This document shows positions 14,093 through 24,267 of a stretch of DNA of 64,000 bases, piece after piece. The notes beneath the pieces are model-generated. The model was not told where the DNA came from. It saw only the letters and a list, made by a program, of their open reading frames with translations, and did no database searches. Each line of letters opens with the position of its first letter. Position 1 is the first letter of the stretch. Origin of the DNA: Podarcis pityusensis (lineage: Eukaryota); NCBI GenBank assembly GCA_964106645.2, contig OZ067041.1; one strand, written 5' to 3'. Made by a program: the position numbers and the translations under genes.

Positions 14093-14431
14093 GGCACTGT
14101 GGGTTAAACCACAGAGCCTAGGACTTGCCAATCGGAAGGTCAGTGGTTCGAATCCCCACGACGGAGTGAGCTCCTGTTGCTTGGTCCCTGCTCCTGCCAA
14201 CCTAGCAGTTCGAAAGCACGTCAAAGTGCAAGTAGAAAAATAGGTACCGCTCCGGCAGGAAGGTAAACGGCATTTCCATGCACTGCTCTGGTTCGCCAGA
14301 AGCGGCTTAGTCATGCTGGCCACATGACCCAGAAGCTGTACGCCGGCTCCCTCGGCCAATAAAGTGAGATGAGCGCCGCAACCCCAGAGTCGGCCACAAC
14401 TGGACCTAATGGTCAGGGGTCCCTTTACCTT
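14093..14431 (+). mobile_element. Sauria SINE inserted into a ~90-bp palindromic MITE
   Basis: Box B ggttcgaatcc and tail ccctttacctt. The flanks (gtgcaatcctata...ggactta | ctgctaaataagtgtgtgtaagactggagcc) reconstruct the GCTGCAATCC-family MITE. Confidence 0.92.
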
Positions 14432-14722
14432 ACTGCTAAATAAGTGTGTGTAAGACTGGAGCCATAAACACTCATAATATTACCCCAATAAAAGCAATGG
14501 GACTTAAATATGTGCTTAATGTTGAATGGAACATACTTAGTATTACTGTTATTAGTGTTAATGTATATAAAGCTTTTAGAGGACAAGCTATTCTCAACCT
14601 TGCCATTATTACCACTGTTCTGTGAATCAAATGGTTGCTGTTCACATTTTTGTTCAAAGTGAAGAACTTAGCATGACATGTTCAAAATGTGGTGCAGCAA
14701 TCAAAACTGCTAGCACATTGCA

Positions 14723-14851
14723 AAGCTAAGCAGGGTTCAGCATGGTTTCAAATTGGATGGGGGGCTTTCTGTCGAGATTCCTGCATTGCAGGGGGCTGCA
14801 CTTGATGACCCTTGGTGTCCCTTCCAACTCTACAATTCTGTGATTCTATGA
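14723..14851 (+). mobile_element. 5S-rRNA-derived SINE remnant followed by a CR1-type 3' tail
   Basis: aagctaagcagggttcagcatggtttcaaattggatggg resembles the 5S internal control region. It is followed by ttcctgcattgcaggggg..cccttccaactctacaattctgtgattctatg (CR1 tail). Confidence 0.6.
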
Positions 14852-15953
14852 AAACTACTGAGGAAGGCTTTATCTGACATGTGTTTTTGATGTGGGGCAT
14901 CTTAGGTATAAGGCTAAATATAGTTGTATCTCATTTCCCATGCCCTTAATTGGGATGTTTATACTAAAAACCCTCTCCTATTTACTAGCATATATTACCA
15001 GGCCCCATGAGAGCCCTTTGTTTTGCACTGTCCAAGGTCCTGATTGAAGTGAGCAGGCAGTTAAAGGAGATCAAGAGAAAGCTCCCACAGAACACTGCAG
15101 TTTGTCAAAGCTGTTCCTTGCAAACAGCATATTTGTGCAGAAAACATTGGGCTTTGAAAAATGATACATTATGTTGTGTGCTGAAGAATATATTCCAAAG
15201 CAAAATGCAGATGAAACGAATAGTGCTTAATACCAGTAAATTGTATTGGGCAAATTCTAGCAGGAGGAATTCCTTGTATTGGCACAAAATATAAATGCTT
15301 GCATTTCCATTTATTCACTTCAAAAAAACAAAAAAACAGAAGCACAAAAATACATTCTCCAGATATCTGAAAATGTGCTTCTGCATGTTGGTCTAATGTA
15401 AAAGAACAAAAATTGAAGCTGGAGGATGGAATTAAAACCATAACATCTTCTACTCAATGTAAATACTATGCTTTGTTAATAAAATAATTTAAGAGGATGC
15501 TGACAGTTGTCTTTAGAGACACAAAATAATCAGCTAAACAATGGACTGCTCTGGTGTTCATATTTGGGAGATTTTGCTTTAAAGGGTGTGCGTAAACATT
15601 AAAAAAAAATGTAAGCACTACTTTTTCACCTAAACTTCAACTGAAGCCCACAAGTTCAGCTAAAGTTGAAAAAGATCCCTTTGAAAGGGAAGAATGAGCA
15701 AGGTTGTAAATAGTTTTCTTGCTCGTCCAATCTTCCAGTTATCAGATGCTTTGGATGGGATAGGAAGCTGTAGATCTGTATGTATCTCTTAAATAGTATT
15801 TCCTTACATAGGCTTGTAGTGGGTTTTGTCTAAGTTGAAAGTTCACATAGCGAGTGGGGTTCTAAAGTTACTGAAGTTTCACAAGTGAATGTTATAGTTA
15901 ATACATAATTGAAAATCCATTTTGTTCAGTATAACTATCTGGGCAGTGACTGT

Positions 15954-16205
15954 CAGTGGCATAGCGTGGGTTGTCAGCACCCGGGGCAAGGCAAGTAATT
16001 TGCGCCCCCTAACCCGCACGCCTGGCACCCCCCTCCACAGTGGGCGGCGACCCCGGCGGCTCGGATCGGATCCGCACAGCCAGCACTGCAGTGAGAGAGA
16101 GGGAGTGAGCCAGGTAGGGGCAGAGAGCTGCGAGTGTGAGCGCCCCCCCCCAGAAGTTGCGCCCGGTGCAGCCGGCCCCCCTGCACCCCCCACGCTACGC
16201 CACTG
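15954..16205. mobile_element. hAT MITE, GC-rich
   Basis: TIRs CAGTGGCATAGCGTGGG / CCCACGCTACGCCACTG. 8-bp TSD gtgactgt/gtggctgt. Confidence 0.88.
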
Positions 16206-16284
16206 GTGGCTGTTTAATCTGGTACCAATTATGGGTGTGTCTGCAGAAGATTTATGTCTGGAATCCTCACATACCATATTATTA

Positions 16285-16660
16285 TTATTAGCATTTGTAT
16301 CATAGGAGTCAAATCCTAGGGGCTGAGGTCCCATTGCCTCCCCATAAAATATTTGAGGGAGCAACAAGCCCCCCCCAATTGATAGGCATTGCCATTCAAA
16401 CGGTGTGTGTGTCTTGTGATTGATTGTGTGGGGTGGGACTTACCTGCCCCCCCCCAAATATTTTATTCAAGTTGGCACCCCTGAAGGAGCTCATGGTGGC
16501 ACACACAGTTCTCATCCCCATTTTATCCTCACAACAACCCTGTGACGTAGGTTTGGCTAGGAGCCCAAGGTCACCCAGCAAGCTTAGCAGCTGAGTGGGG
16601 ATTTTAACCCTGGTCTCCCAGGTCATCATTCAGCACTCTAACCACTGCACCACATGGCAC
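16285..16660 (-). mobile_element. MIR-like SINE with a nested MITE (~16302-16483)
   Basis: cactctaaccactgcacc and attttatcctcacaacaaccctgtg are the antisense head and core. The insert ends aagttggcacccctg. Confidence 0.7.
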
Positions 16661-18028
16661 TCATTCTGGTGCCACACTGGTAAAGCTCGGAATCAATCCA
16701 GGTTGGACGTCCAAACAATGGGGCTGCTTGCCTTAGCTGACGTTGTTGTGCTAAGGTGCCAATGAAAGAAAATGCACCTCACGTGCCCAGCAACAAATAT
16801 GAGTCGTCCCCCCCCCCCCCCGCATCTGAGCCTCCATCTGTAGCAGACATGTAGAGTTTGACTGGAGCGCGCAGTTATCATAATTACATGCCTGAGCTCT
16901 TGGCAGACAAATAAATTAATCACAGAATCTCGGGGCTCTTTTTTTCATAAAACTTAAAAAACGAGAGCCAAATTCCAGCCTTACAGACTACAGGGTGAAG
17001 TTGAGTTTTCAGTGGCCACTACGGAACTCAATAAATCTAGCGGTGCCCACTTGTACAACTCAATGTGTTTGCTTGGCAATAGAAGCTACGGAGCCCGTCC
17101 TGTTTTGAAAGATGATCTTAAGAGGAACCGGTTCGCCCGCCCTTTGAACGCCTGGGCGATCTCCCTTCCCTGTTTTCCTCCTGGAAACAAGACAAGCCCG
17201 AGAGAGATCGCGAGCCAAGGCTGCCTTTGTGGTCAGCTGGCTGCGTCCGAGAAGCCCTAGCTGGCGCTGATGCTCTGGAGCAGAAAGCGCGCCTGTCTCT
17301 CTCTCTCTCTTTCCCTTCCCAGCTCACCCTCCCCTGCCTGGGAATTAGTCTTCCCCTCAAGCAGCAGCGTGTCCGGTTCCGAGTCCCGAGAGACTAGGGC
17401 GCCGCCGCCGCTGCTGAGGCGGAAAGGCTGGGTTTGGGCGCCGCCGACTTGTGACCCTCGCGCCCCCGCCGCCGGCCCTAAGAAGGCGCACATCCCCGCC
17501 GCGTCCTTCCGCCAGAGTAACCCCGTCAGCCCCGCCGTAGGCGAAGCAGCCACAAATGTCCCTCAGAGAGAGCCGCCTCGGCGGGGACAACAAAGAGACC
17601 CGCGCGCGACGCCAGTGTCTGTCGCGGTTACGTAGGGAAGAGCCTCTCTGCCCTCACACCACCACCACACGCGCGAATCTTTAATGCGTTACGGTGCTGG
17701 CCGTTAATTCGTAATTCTAACCCCGGTGAACTCGGGGTCTCGCGGGGCGCCCGCTTATTCGGGGTGGGGCAGCAGGGCAGGCAAGACTGTTGTGGCGGGA
17801 ACGCGAGGGGGAAAGTCGCGGAAGCGCGGGAAGCAAGTCTGTCGCTTTCCCGGCTGCACTTTCACCCAGAGAGCTGAGACTTTCTGGAGCGAGGGAGAGA
17901 GGCGTAAAGAGACACCAAATTACAACTTCTCCGTCTCTCTTTCTCACATCCGTGCGCGCGCCGTCTCACACTTTCCCGCGCATAATTTCCCTCAGTCAAG
18001 CCCCTAATCTCTCCCCACCCCTCCTCCG

Positions 18029-18029
18029 C

Positions 18030-18062
<33 letters not shown>

Positions 18063-18138
18063 GAAGATGAACCGCGCGCGCGCGCGCTCTGCCCTACGCG
18101 CGCGCCCGCGCAACGCACACTCTCTCTCACACACACAA
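18029..18138. repeat. Compound (CT)n(CA)n / (CG)n simple repeats in the promoter
   Basis: Visible directly in the sequence. Confidence 0.9.
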
Positions 18139-18542
18139 GCTCCCGGCAGTCACAAAAGCCTGACTGGAAGCCGAGGGGCGGCCGCGTGGGCTTCTCTCGG
18201 CGACAAGCAATTTCCTCCCTTCAATCGCGGCGAGGATTTTTGAGCCCACCTCCCTCTTTCCCTCGCCTCCTTCCCTTTGATTAGCATTCTCCTCGCTGCT
18301 GGGTTTTTGTGTGGTGCGACTTACCCCTCCTCCTTTCCCCCCCTCTCCCTTTCCCCCGCTCCCACCCCAAGGACAAATCCCCTCCCTCAGTCGTCTCGGG
18401 AAGGGAGAAGGAGGGTGAGCGCGTGTGAGCGAGCGAGCGAGCGAGCGAGTGAGTGTGTGGCGGGGTGGCGGCTAGGGTGGGACTGAAGCGCCGCGATTAA
18501 GGCTCGCGCGCTCTCTCCGGAGCCGAAGCGGGCGCTCTCCAG

Positions 18543-18653
18543 ATGCTGCTTTCTCAGGCACTCGGAGGCAGCCCCGACGACGAGGAGGACACGGCGCCGG
18601 CGGCCGGAGCGGCGGCGGCGGCGGCGGCAGCCATGGACCAGCGGGCAGAATAA
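18543..18653 (+). other. Upstream ORF (36 aa) containing a GCG-repeat poly-Ala tract
   Basis: ATG 18543 to TAA 18653 gives MLLSQALGGSPDDEEDTAPAAGAAAAAAAAMDQRAE. A second in-frame ATG at 18633 has GCCATGG context. Whether it is in the mRNA is inferred. Confidence 0.55.
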
Positions 18654-18909
18654 GCCGGGCGGCGAAGACACGGCATCCGCCGCGGGCGCTGCTTGTTGCT
18701 GTTCCCGCTCGGCCTGAAGCCAGGCGACTCCATGTGGTGACCGGAGGACTTTTCCTCGCCGCCGCCGCCGCCCCTACCCGCGCCTTTTCTTTCCAGTTGG
18801 CCTTCCGGAGATGGGTCGGCGCCTCGGCTGAGCCAAGCCCCGCGCCCGTCTCCGCTGCGTTTGGGCAGGGCTCTCGCGGACGCGGAGCGCCCGGCGACGG
18901 ACCGAGGCC

Positions 18910-19105
18910 ATGGCTGCGGCCATCGCCAGCGGCTTGATCCGGCAGAAGCGCCAGGCGCGCGACTTGCAGCACTGGGACCGGCCCTCGGCCAGCAGGAGGC
19001 GCAACAGCCCCAGCAAGAACCGCGGGCTTTGCAATGGGAACCTTGTGGATATCTTTTCCAAGGTCCGCATCTTTGGCCTCAAGAAGAGGAGGTTGCGGCG
19101 CCAAG
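18910..19105 (+). CDS. FGF14: FGF14 (FHF4) coding exon 1a, A-type N-terminus
   Basis: Kozak GCCATGG at 18907-18913. Translation [65 protein letters not shown] is near-identical to vertebrate FGF14-1a as I recall it. Phase-1 donor AAG|GTGTGT at 19105/19106. Confidence 0.97.
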
Positions 19106-19148
19106 GTGTGTGTGTGTGTTTTGTGTATGTGTGTGTATATGTGTGTGA
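19106..19148 (+). repeat. Imperfect (GT)n microsatellite starting at the exon 1a donor GT
   Basis: Visible directly in the sequence. Confidence 0.92.
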
Positions 19149-21164
19149 GTGAGTGTCCTGTGCCTTGGAAAGAATGGCCTGTGGTTTCCAAACTTGGGCC
19201 CCAACACGCTGGTAAAGGGCAAAGAAGGGGGGAAACTGCCACTTCTGGGTGCTTTCTAGAGCTTGCAGTGCGAGAAACCTCCAACTCGTAGTTTAGGGTT
19301 GTGCCCATTTTACAGGAGGGAAACTGAGGCTGTCTCTGGGTTCATTGTTCTGAAGAAACTCTCTTCCCCTCTCTTAGTAATGTGAACGAGAACCCTTGCT
19401 TTCAGTACATAAGCATGCTTTGGGACTGGCAAAGAAAGCCCTTGCCTTATTTAACCGCCTAGTTTGATGAGCAAAACTGGATGGTTCCAGGGCGTTAAGA
19501 GGCAGCTAAGCTAAAAATGTCATCACAAGCTAAAAATGTCACCACAAGTCTGTGAGATAAGTAATTGTGCCCATTGTACAGAAGTGGGTTTACAGGCATT
19601 TAAAGTGCTTGGTCCGCAACCAAATCATGGCATTTGGTTAAGGTAATGAATGGGCAAGGACTTATCCACAACTGTTTAGATATTCTTGTCACACTCGCAG
19701 TCAGGGCTGTCAAAGAGAAGTAAATGAATGGATTCCTATCCACCCTTCTAGTTAATGCTCATGGCTGAAGTGGTAATTCTAGTCTAGGCTGGTAATTATT
19801 GGTATAGAATTGGAAAGATAATTGTTTCATATTAATTAATGCCAGATAAAGGGAGTGATACCGAATATGTGGGATTATTTTATGCTACTTTATCTTCATT
19901 CTTACCAAAGTGTCCAAATCAGTGTTCTTCGAACTATTTCAACTGAACTAGGTGGCTTGTGAATGGTCTGTAACTACAACAAAATACGTTGCTCTTCAAT
20001 ATCTGCTAACTAGATTCTAACTTGTGTCCCATCCCACCCTCTGAAGCTGAGGATAAGAAACCTGGGAGCTCTATACAGATTTAAGTATATTTCATACCCA
20101 CTGCATGGAGCAAAGGGTTGTGTATACTAATGTCTGAAGGCAGCCTTGGAAGGATAACATGATGCAACAGTAAATCCGCTAAACCTTTATTATTCCCTCT
20201 GTTGTCCTCTGTCTCTTTGCCTTTAGATTTTGTAGATTTTTATAATTTATAAATACAAAGAAATCCCAGCACGAAGCAGCTCTAAGAGACAATTCATATT
20301 TGCAATGATCACCCATTGTTCCAATCTGAAGCACAATTTTAGCAAGGAGAAACGTGTTTTATAATTGTAATTTGTGAATTGAATCAAGTAAAGAAAATAA
20401 TTATTTCCTGTGTCAATAATCTAAATGCATTGAGGGCATTTTTTTGGTAAGAAAGCAAGGTTTAATGAAGACAAGCAGAGAGAAAGATTTTCCGTGAATA
20501 AATTGTATGAAGATCCATATAAAAATATTGTGTTTTGAGTGAAGTAATAACTAGTATTTAGTGTGTTCTGTATTTTATAATACAGCCCATTGTTTCAGTA
20601 TTAGAAAACTGATAGCATGAGAAGGCAAGGCAGGCATTCTGGGGCACTGTCACTTTAAGAATCTACAGTTGCTGAAGTGGAGAATCCTCAGAGTGTTGAA
20701 TGTGGGGGAACCCCAATTCCCACTACACCCTATTTTTGCAGCCTCTGTAGCTGGCTCACTCCGGTCATGGTTGACTTTTAATCATTACATTTCTTAACAC
20801 ACTGGGAATGTTCTGTCACCAGTTGGAAAACCATGGACAGTTGTCTTTAACACTACATTTCTGAACCTTAACGCTGATTTTGCTGAATTTCTTTCCCTTT
20901 CTTTGAACAGTCTAGCGCTGTGGGCTCCCCACCGTTCCTTCATTTTGTCTCTTTTAACCATGGTTATCATTAGATGTGTGAGCCTCCCAAGGAAAGGCAG
21001 TTCAAGTAACAGTAACTGGAAGAGTCTTAACTATATTGGAACTATATTTGAGGAGTCTTACCTATATTGATACACCAGGTGCATCATGCAATTGTGGATT
21101 TAGATTTCTGGTTTTTCTGTCTTTATGCACAGTGCGGTGCACTCTTGGTGGTGGGAGGGAGCTG

Positions 21165-21165
<1 letters not shown>

Positions 21166-21195
<30 letters not shown>
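21166..21195. repeat. (CA)n microsatellite
   Basis: Visible directly in the sequence. Confidence 0.95.
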
Positions 21196-21200
<5 letters not shown>

Positions 21201-23217
21201 TCCTGCTTCAGATGGATTTGATCAAAGTGCAAACAGACCATAAAATCAGTGTGATGGGAAACCTGCACTCTCTCCCTTAGATCAGATAGTTTCCTATTCT
21301 GGTAATACTCCCGAGTTTTGAAAACTGCAGATTCTGTGACAAAGCTAGCATTATCCCTGCCATAACTAAAACTAGGAAGACCTCAGAACAACAACAACAA
21401 CAACAAACAAAACCCCTTCCCCTCTTCAGTTTAATTTGTTCTATACTTTTCCACTTGTACTAGCATGTAAGGTTTGCACTTCTGGGAAACGAGATCCTTC
21501 CTATCACAAGGTGTTTCAATACTGAAATGCTTTTCCTGGCTAAGAAAGCCATGCACTGCTTTCTAGGATGTAACTTATACTTAATAAGAAGTTTCACTCA
21601 TGGAAACGTAAACTAAACCAATACATATACGTTATTGATAAAATTTAAGAAGAATGTTTTAGACTCTGTTAAATTAATTCTGAAAGGGTGAATTGGCTTT
21701 TGCTTTTGCTTTTTGGAAAGCAGTGACATAGCCAAGTGAATTACCTGACAACAGCAACTAGTGACAATAAAACAACAGTGACACTGATTTCCACAATCTA
21801 TTCATCTTGGTTTTTTTAGTGAAGGTAGTGCAATGCTTATAGCTGGTAGTTGCTGTGTGTGCGCCCAAGAGCAGCCTCAGCGAAGCAACATTAATGGCTC
21901 TATTTGTTGTCCTGTTTGCTTAGTTTTACACACAGTGATGCCAATTTATGGCCTTAGCAACTCAAGCATGCTTGACATCCACACATATTTGTTTGACTTA
22001 TCATTTATGGGAGAGGGATTGTATTTAATAATAAATGCATTAAATTTAAAATGAGCAAATCACTAAAGCTAGTGATCTACTTAAAACATTATTAGATCAT
22101 AAGGGTTGTTACGTGAACAACAATAGTGTGAAATAAGAGCCATTTGGAAATTAAGGCGACTCCTTTAAGAAGGCAGATCCAACAAGCAGAAGCAACAATT
22201 CAGGTTGATTCTCTATTAGGAAATGTTCCTTTAGTTATATGTTATAATTTCAGTGTGTGGGAAAGATACACACATCCAATCCATATTAGCATAACATAAT
22301 GAAAATATTACATTCACTTAAACCATTTCCATTTTTGTACCTTCTGTTTCATATACAAAATGTTTATAGAATGCATTTGGAGAGTTTCTAGTATATTCTC
22401 CTAGAAAATGTACTATTTGTTAATCACAACTCTCTTGTTTTAGGGAAAATGAAGAACATCAGATCCACTATTTATTATTGGTTATAAACCACATTGTTGC
22501 CCTTACAGGTGATGACATGTGTTTTGCCTGGCTTTAAAAACAGCAACAACCTACTGATTCCCTAAACTTCTTTTTAAGAAAGGTGTAGTGTGGGGTTGCA
22601 TTAAAGATTGTTTAATTAAATTTGGCTAAAGATTAATACTTATCACTTGTGTGGAAAAAATTGCTATGGTTTCCTATGATGTCTTAGGCTGCTAAATAAT
22701 AATTATGAACCAGTTTTCCATGTTTGTAGATTCTGGGAAAATTAGTATTGCCTTCTAGGATCAGGTGTTGTTTTAGTATTTGCCTTCTAGTTGATTCCAG
22801 AAAGTTATAGATGAAGGGGGGAAACCGAATGCAATTGGAATCAGTCGTAATTTTTGTGCTGATGTTAACGGTGCACATACTGAGCTTTTTCATATTGTAT
22901 CTAGGGATGTTCCTAAAACCTGCTTTGATGGTATTAGGTTGAAATGCTTGACTGTCCAAATTTTGTGTGCAGTACATTTCGCTGATAGCAACTGGAATAT
23001 TTCACGTATGGTGTGTGTTCTGGGAAGGAGTTGCTTGCCATTTTATTGTTTTATTGCATCTTTTATCAAATGAGAATTATTATTTGTGCATGAAACTTTA
23101 TCACTGTAAAGCTCTGCTTCAACCTTTTGTGTGTTTACTGATACTTGCTTTGCCCTTGTAAACACGTGTATTTTGTAAGTTATAATCCTATTATTACCAA
23201 TCTGGTTTACTTTGAAA

Positions 23218-23632
23218 TAGGGATGGGGGAGAGATTGCATTTAGTTTGCATTTAAAGGTGAACTTACCTAATTCACACATTCTGAAACAATATACAAATG
23301 GAAACATAACTATAGTTCAAAATTCACACTTCCCCAAATTTTGGAATCTAGTTCTCCAGACAAGTGATGTGTACAGAAATGCATAGACTAGGATATGGTG
23401 TGCATACAAATGCGTATATTAGTGAAAATAGCACACACAAAAGGAGAAAGCACTAGAAGAAATTGCTTTGCAGAAATGTGTATATTGAGATTTTGCTGTT
23501 TAAGTTGCATGAAGACTTTTTTTAAAAAAAAATTGCAAACTGATCTGGAAATGTAGAGAACTATAAAATAGGGGGTGGGCGTGGGTGATGAGGAACTGCA
23601 GGAAACAAAAATTGACAGGTTTGCCCTCCCTT
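23218..23632 (+). mobile_element. ~400-bp AT-rich non-autonomous DNA element (TAGGGATGG-type ends)
   Basis: Shares gtttgcatttaaagg..aattcacac..aaaattgacag with 46338-46776(+), 35158-35578(-) and 57990-58327(-). Confidence 0.7.
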
Positions 23633-24235
23633 ACTTCCAAGTAAACATGCTTATGATTGGGGTGTGAAATAATTACTTTCCAACAAGTTTACACCCACCC
23701 ATACATTTGTTGGTTAATTTACATGTGAGAATTTGTACATTTGCCTTGCAAATCTGTATTGTAGTTTAATACATAACGGTGGAAAATGTAATTTCTGTAG
23801 CATGGCAAGTGGTGGGGTGGGCTGAACAATCCAGAGTTCTGCTGCTGCTACAGTGGTAAAAGTGCCACAGAACTTTATAGACAGCACGGCAAATACAGAA
23901 TTCACTATATATCAACCAGGGACTGTGCCAGCAATGATACTGACATGCCACCCTCACATGAAGGCCCCCTTTGAATGAAGGGGACGTGCTCCCAGCATCC
24001 ACCTTGCATCATCATACACACATCGTGCAAGGTGGGACACAAGTGCTCCCACTCCACTAGCCCCATTGGCACAGCTAGCGACAATCCCAGTACTTCAAGT
24101 CCCAAGGCATCCCTATAGGCAGGAGTTCAAATTCACTCATGCCATCTACAAGCAGTATTTTAGGAACACAGCACATGGGGGAAATATAGAAAAGACACAA
24201 TACGGCATCAATATAGCTCCCTGGGCAGAGTGTCT

Positions 24236-24267
<32 letters not shown>

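Larger units (their letters stand above)
17080..19110 (+). promoter_or_regulatory. CpG island: promoter and 5' leader of FGF14-1a
   Basis: Abrupt GC- and CpG-rich block in an AT-rich, CpG-depleted background, ending at the exon 1a donor. The TSS cannot be determined from sequence. Confidence 0.9.

Noticed and set aside
9529-14765. tRNA-like and 5S-like sequences as real RNA genes
   Set aside because: All are partial or degenerate and fused to SINE bodies. No complete cloverleaf or full-length 5S.
1-17000. Equivalent of the human SCA27B intronic GAA repeat
   Set aside because: No (GAA)n/(TTC)n array is present (only a short irregular TC-rich tract near 12623-12668), and orthology to the human site is not expected here.
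19106-19152. C-terminal [15 protein letters not shown] of the 80-aa ORF as a constitutive part of FGF14
   Set aside because: Homology ends at RRQ, where the phase-1 donor lies. The rest is intronic microsatellite, kept only as an alternative-donor hypothesis.
17012-19308. Long overlapping ORFs in the CpG island (e.g. 278 aa at 18472-19308 minus, 164 aa at 17790)
   Set aside because: Stop codons are scarce in GC-rich DNA. The translations are low-complexity, run through microsatellites and show no recognisable domain.
19509-19549. 19-bp tandem duplication agctaaaaatgtca(t/c)caca, with similar small duplications at ~8038 and ~21020
   Set aside because: Ordinary slippage duplications with no sign of function.
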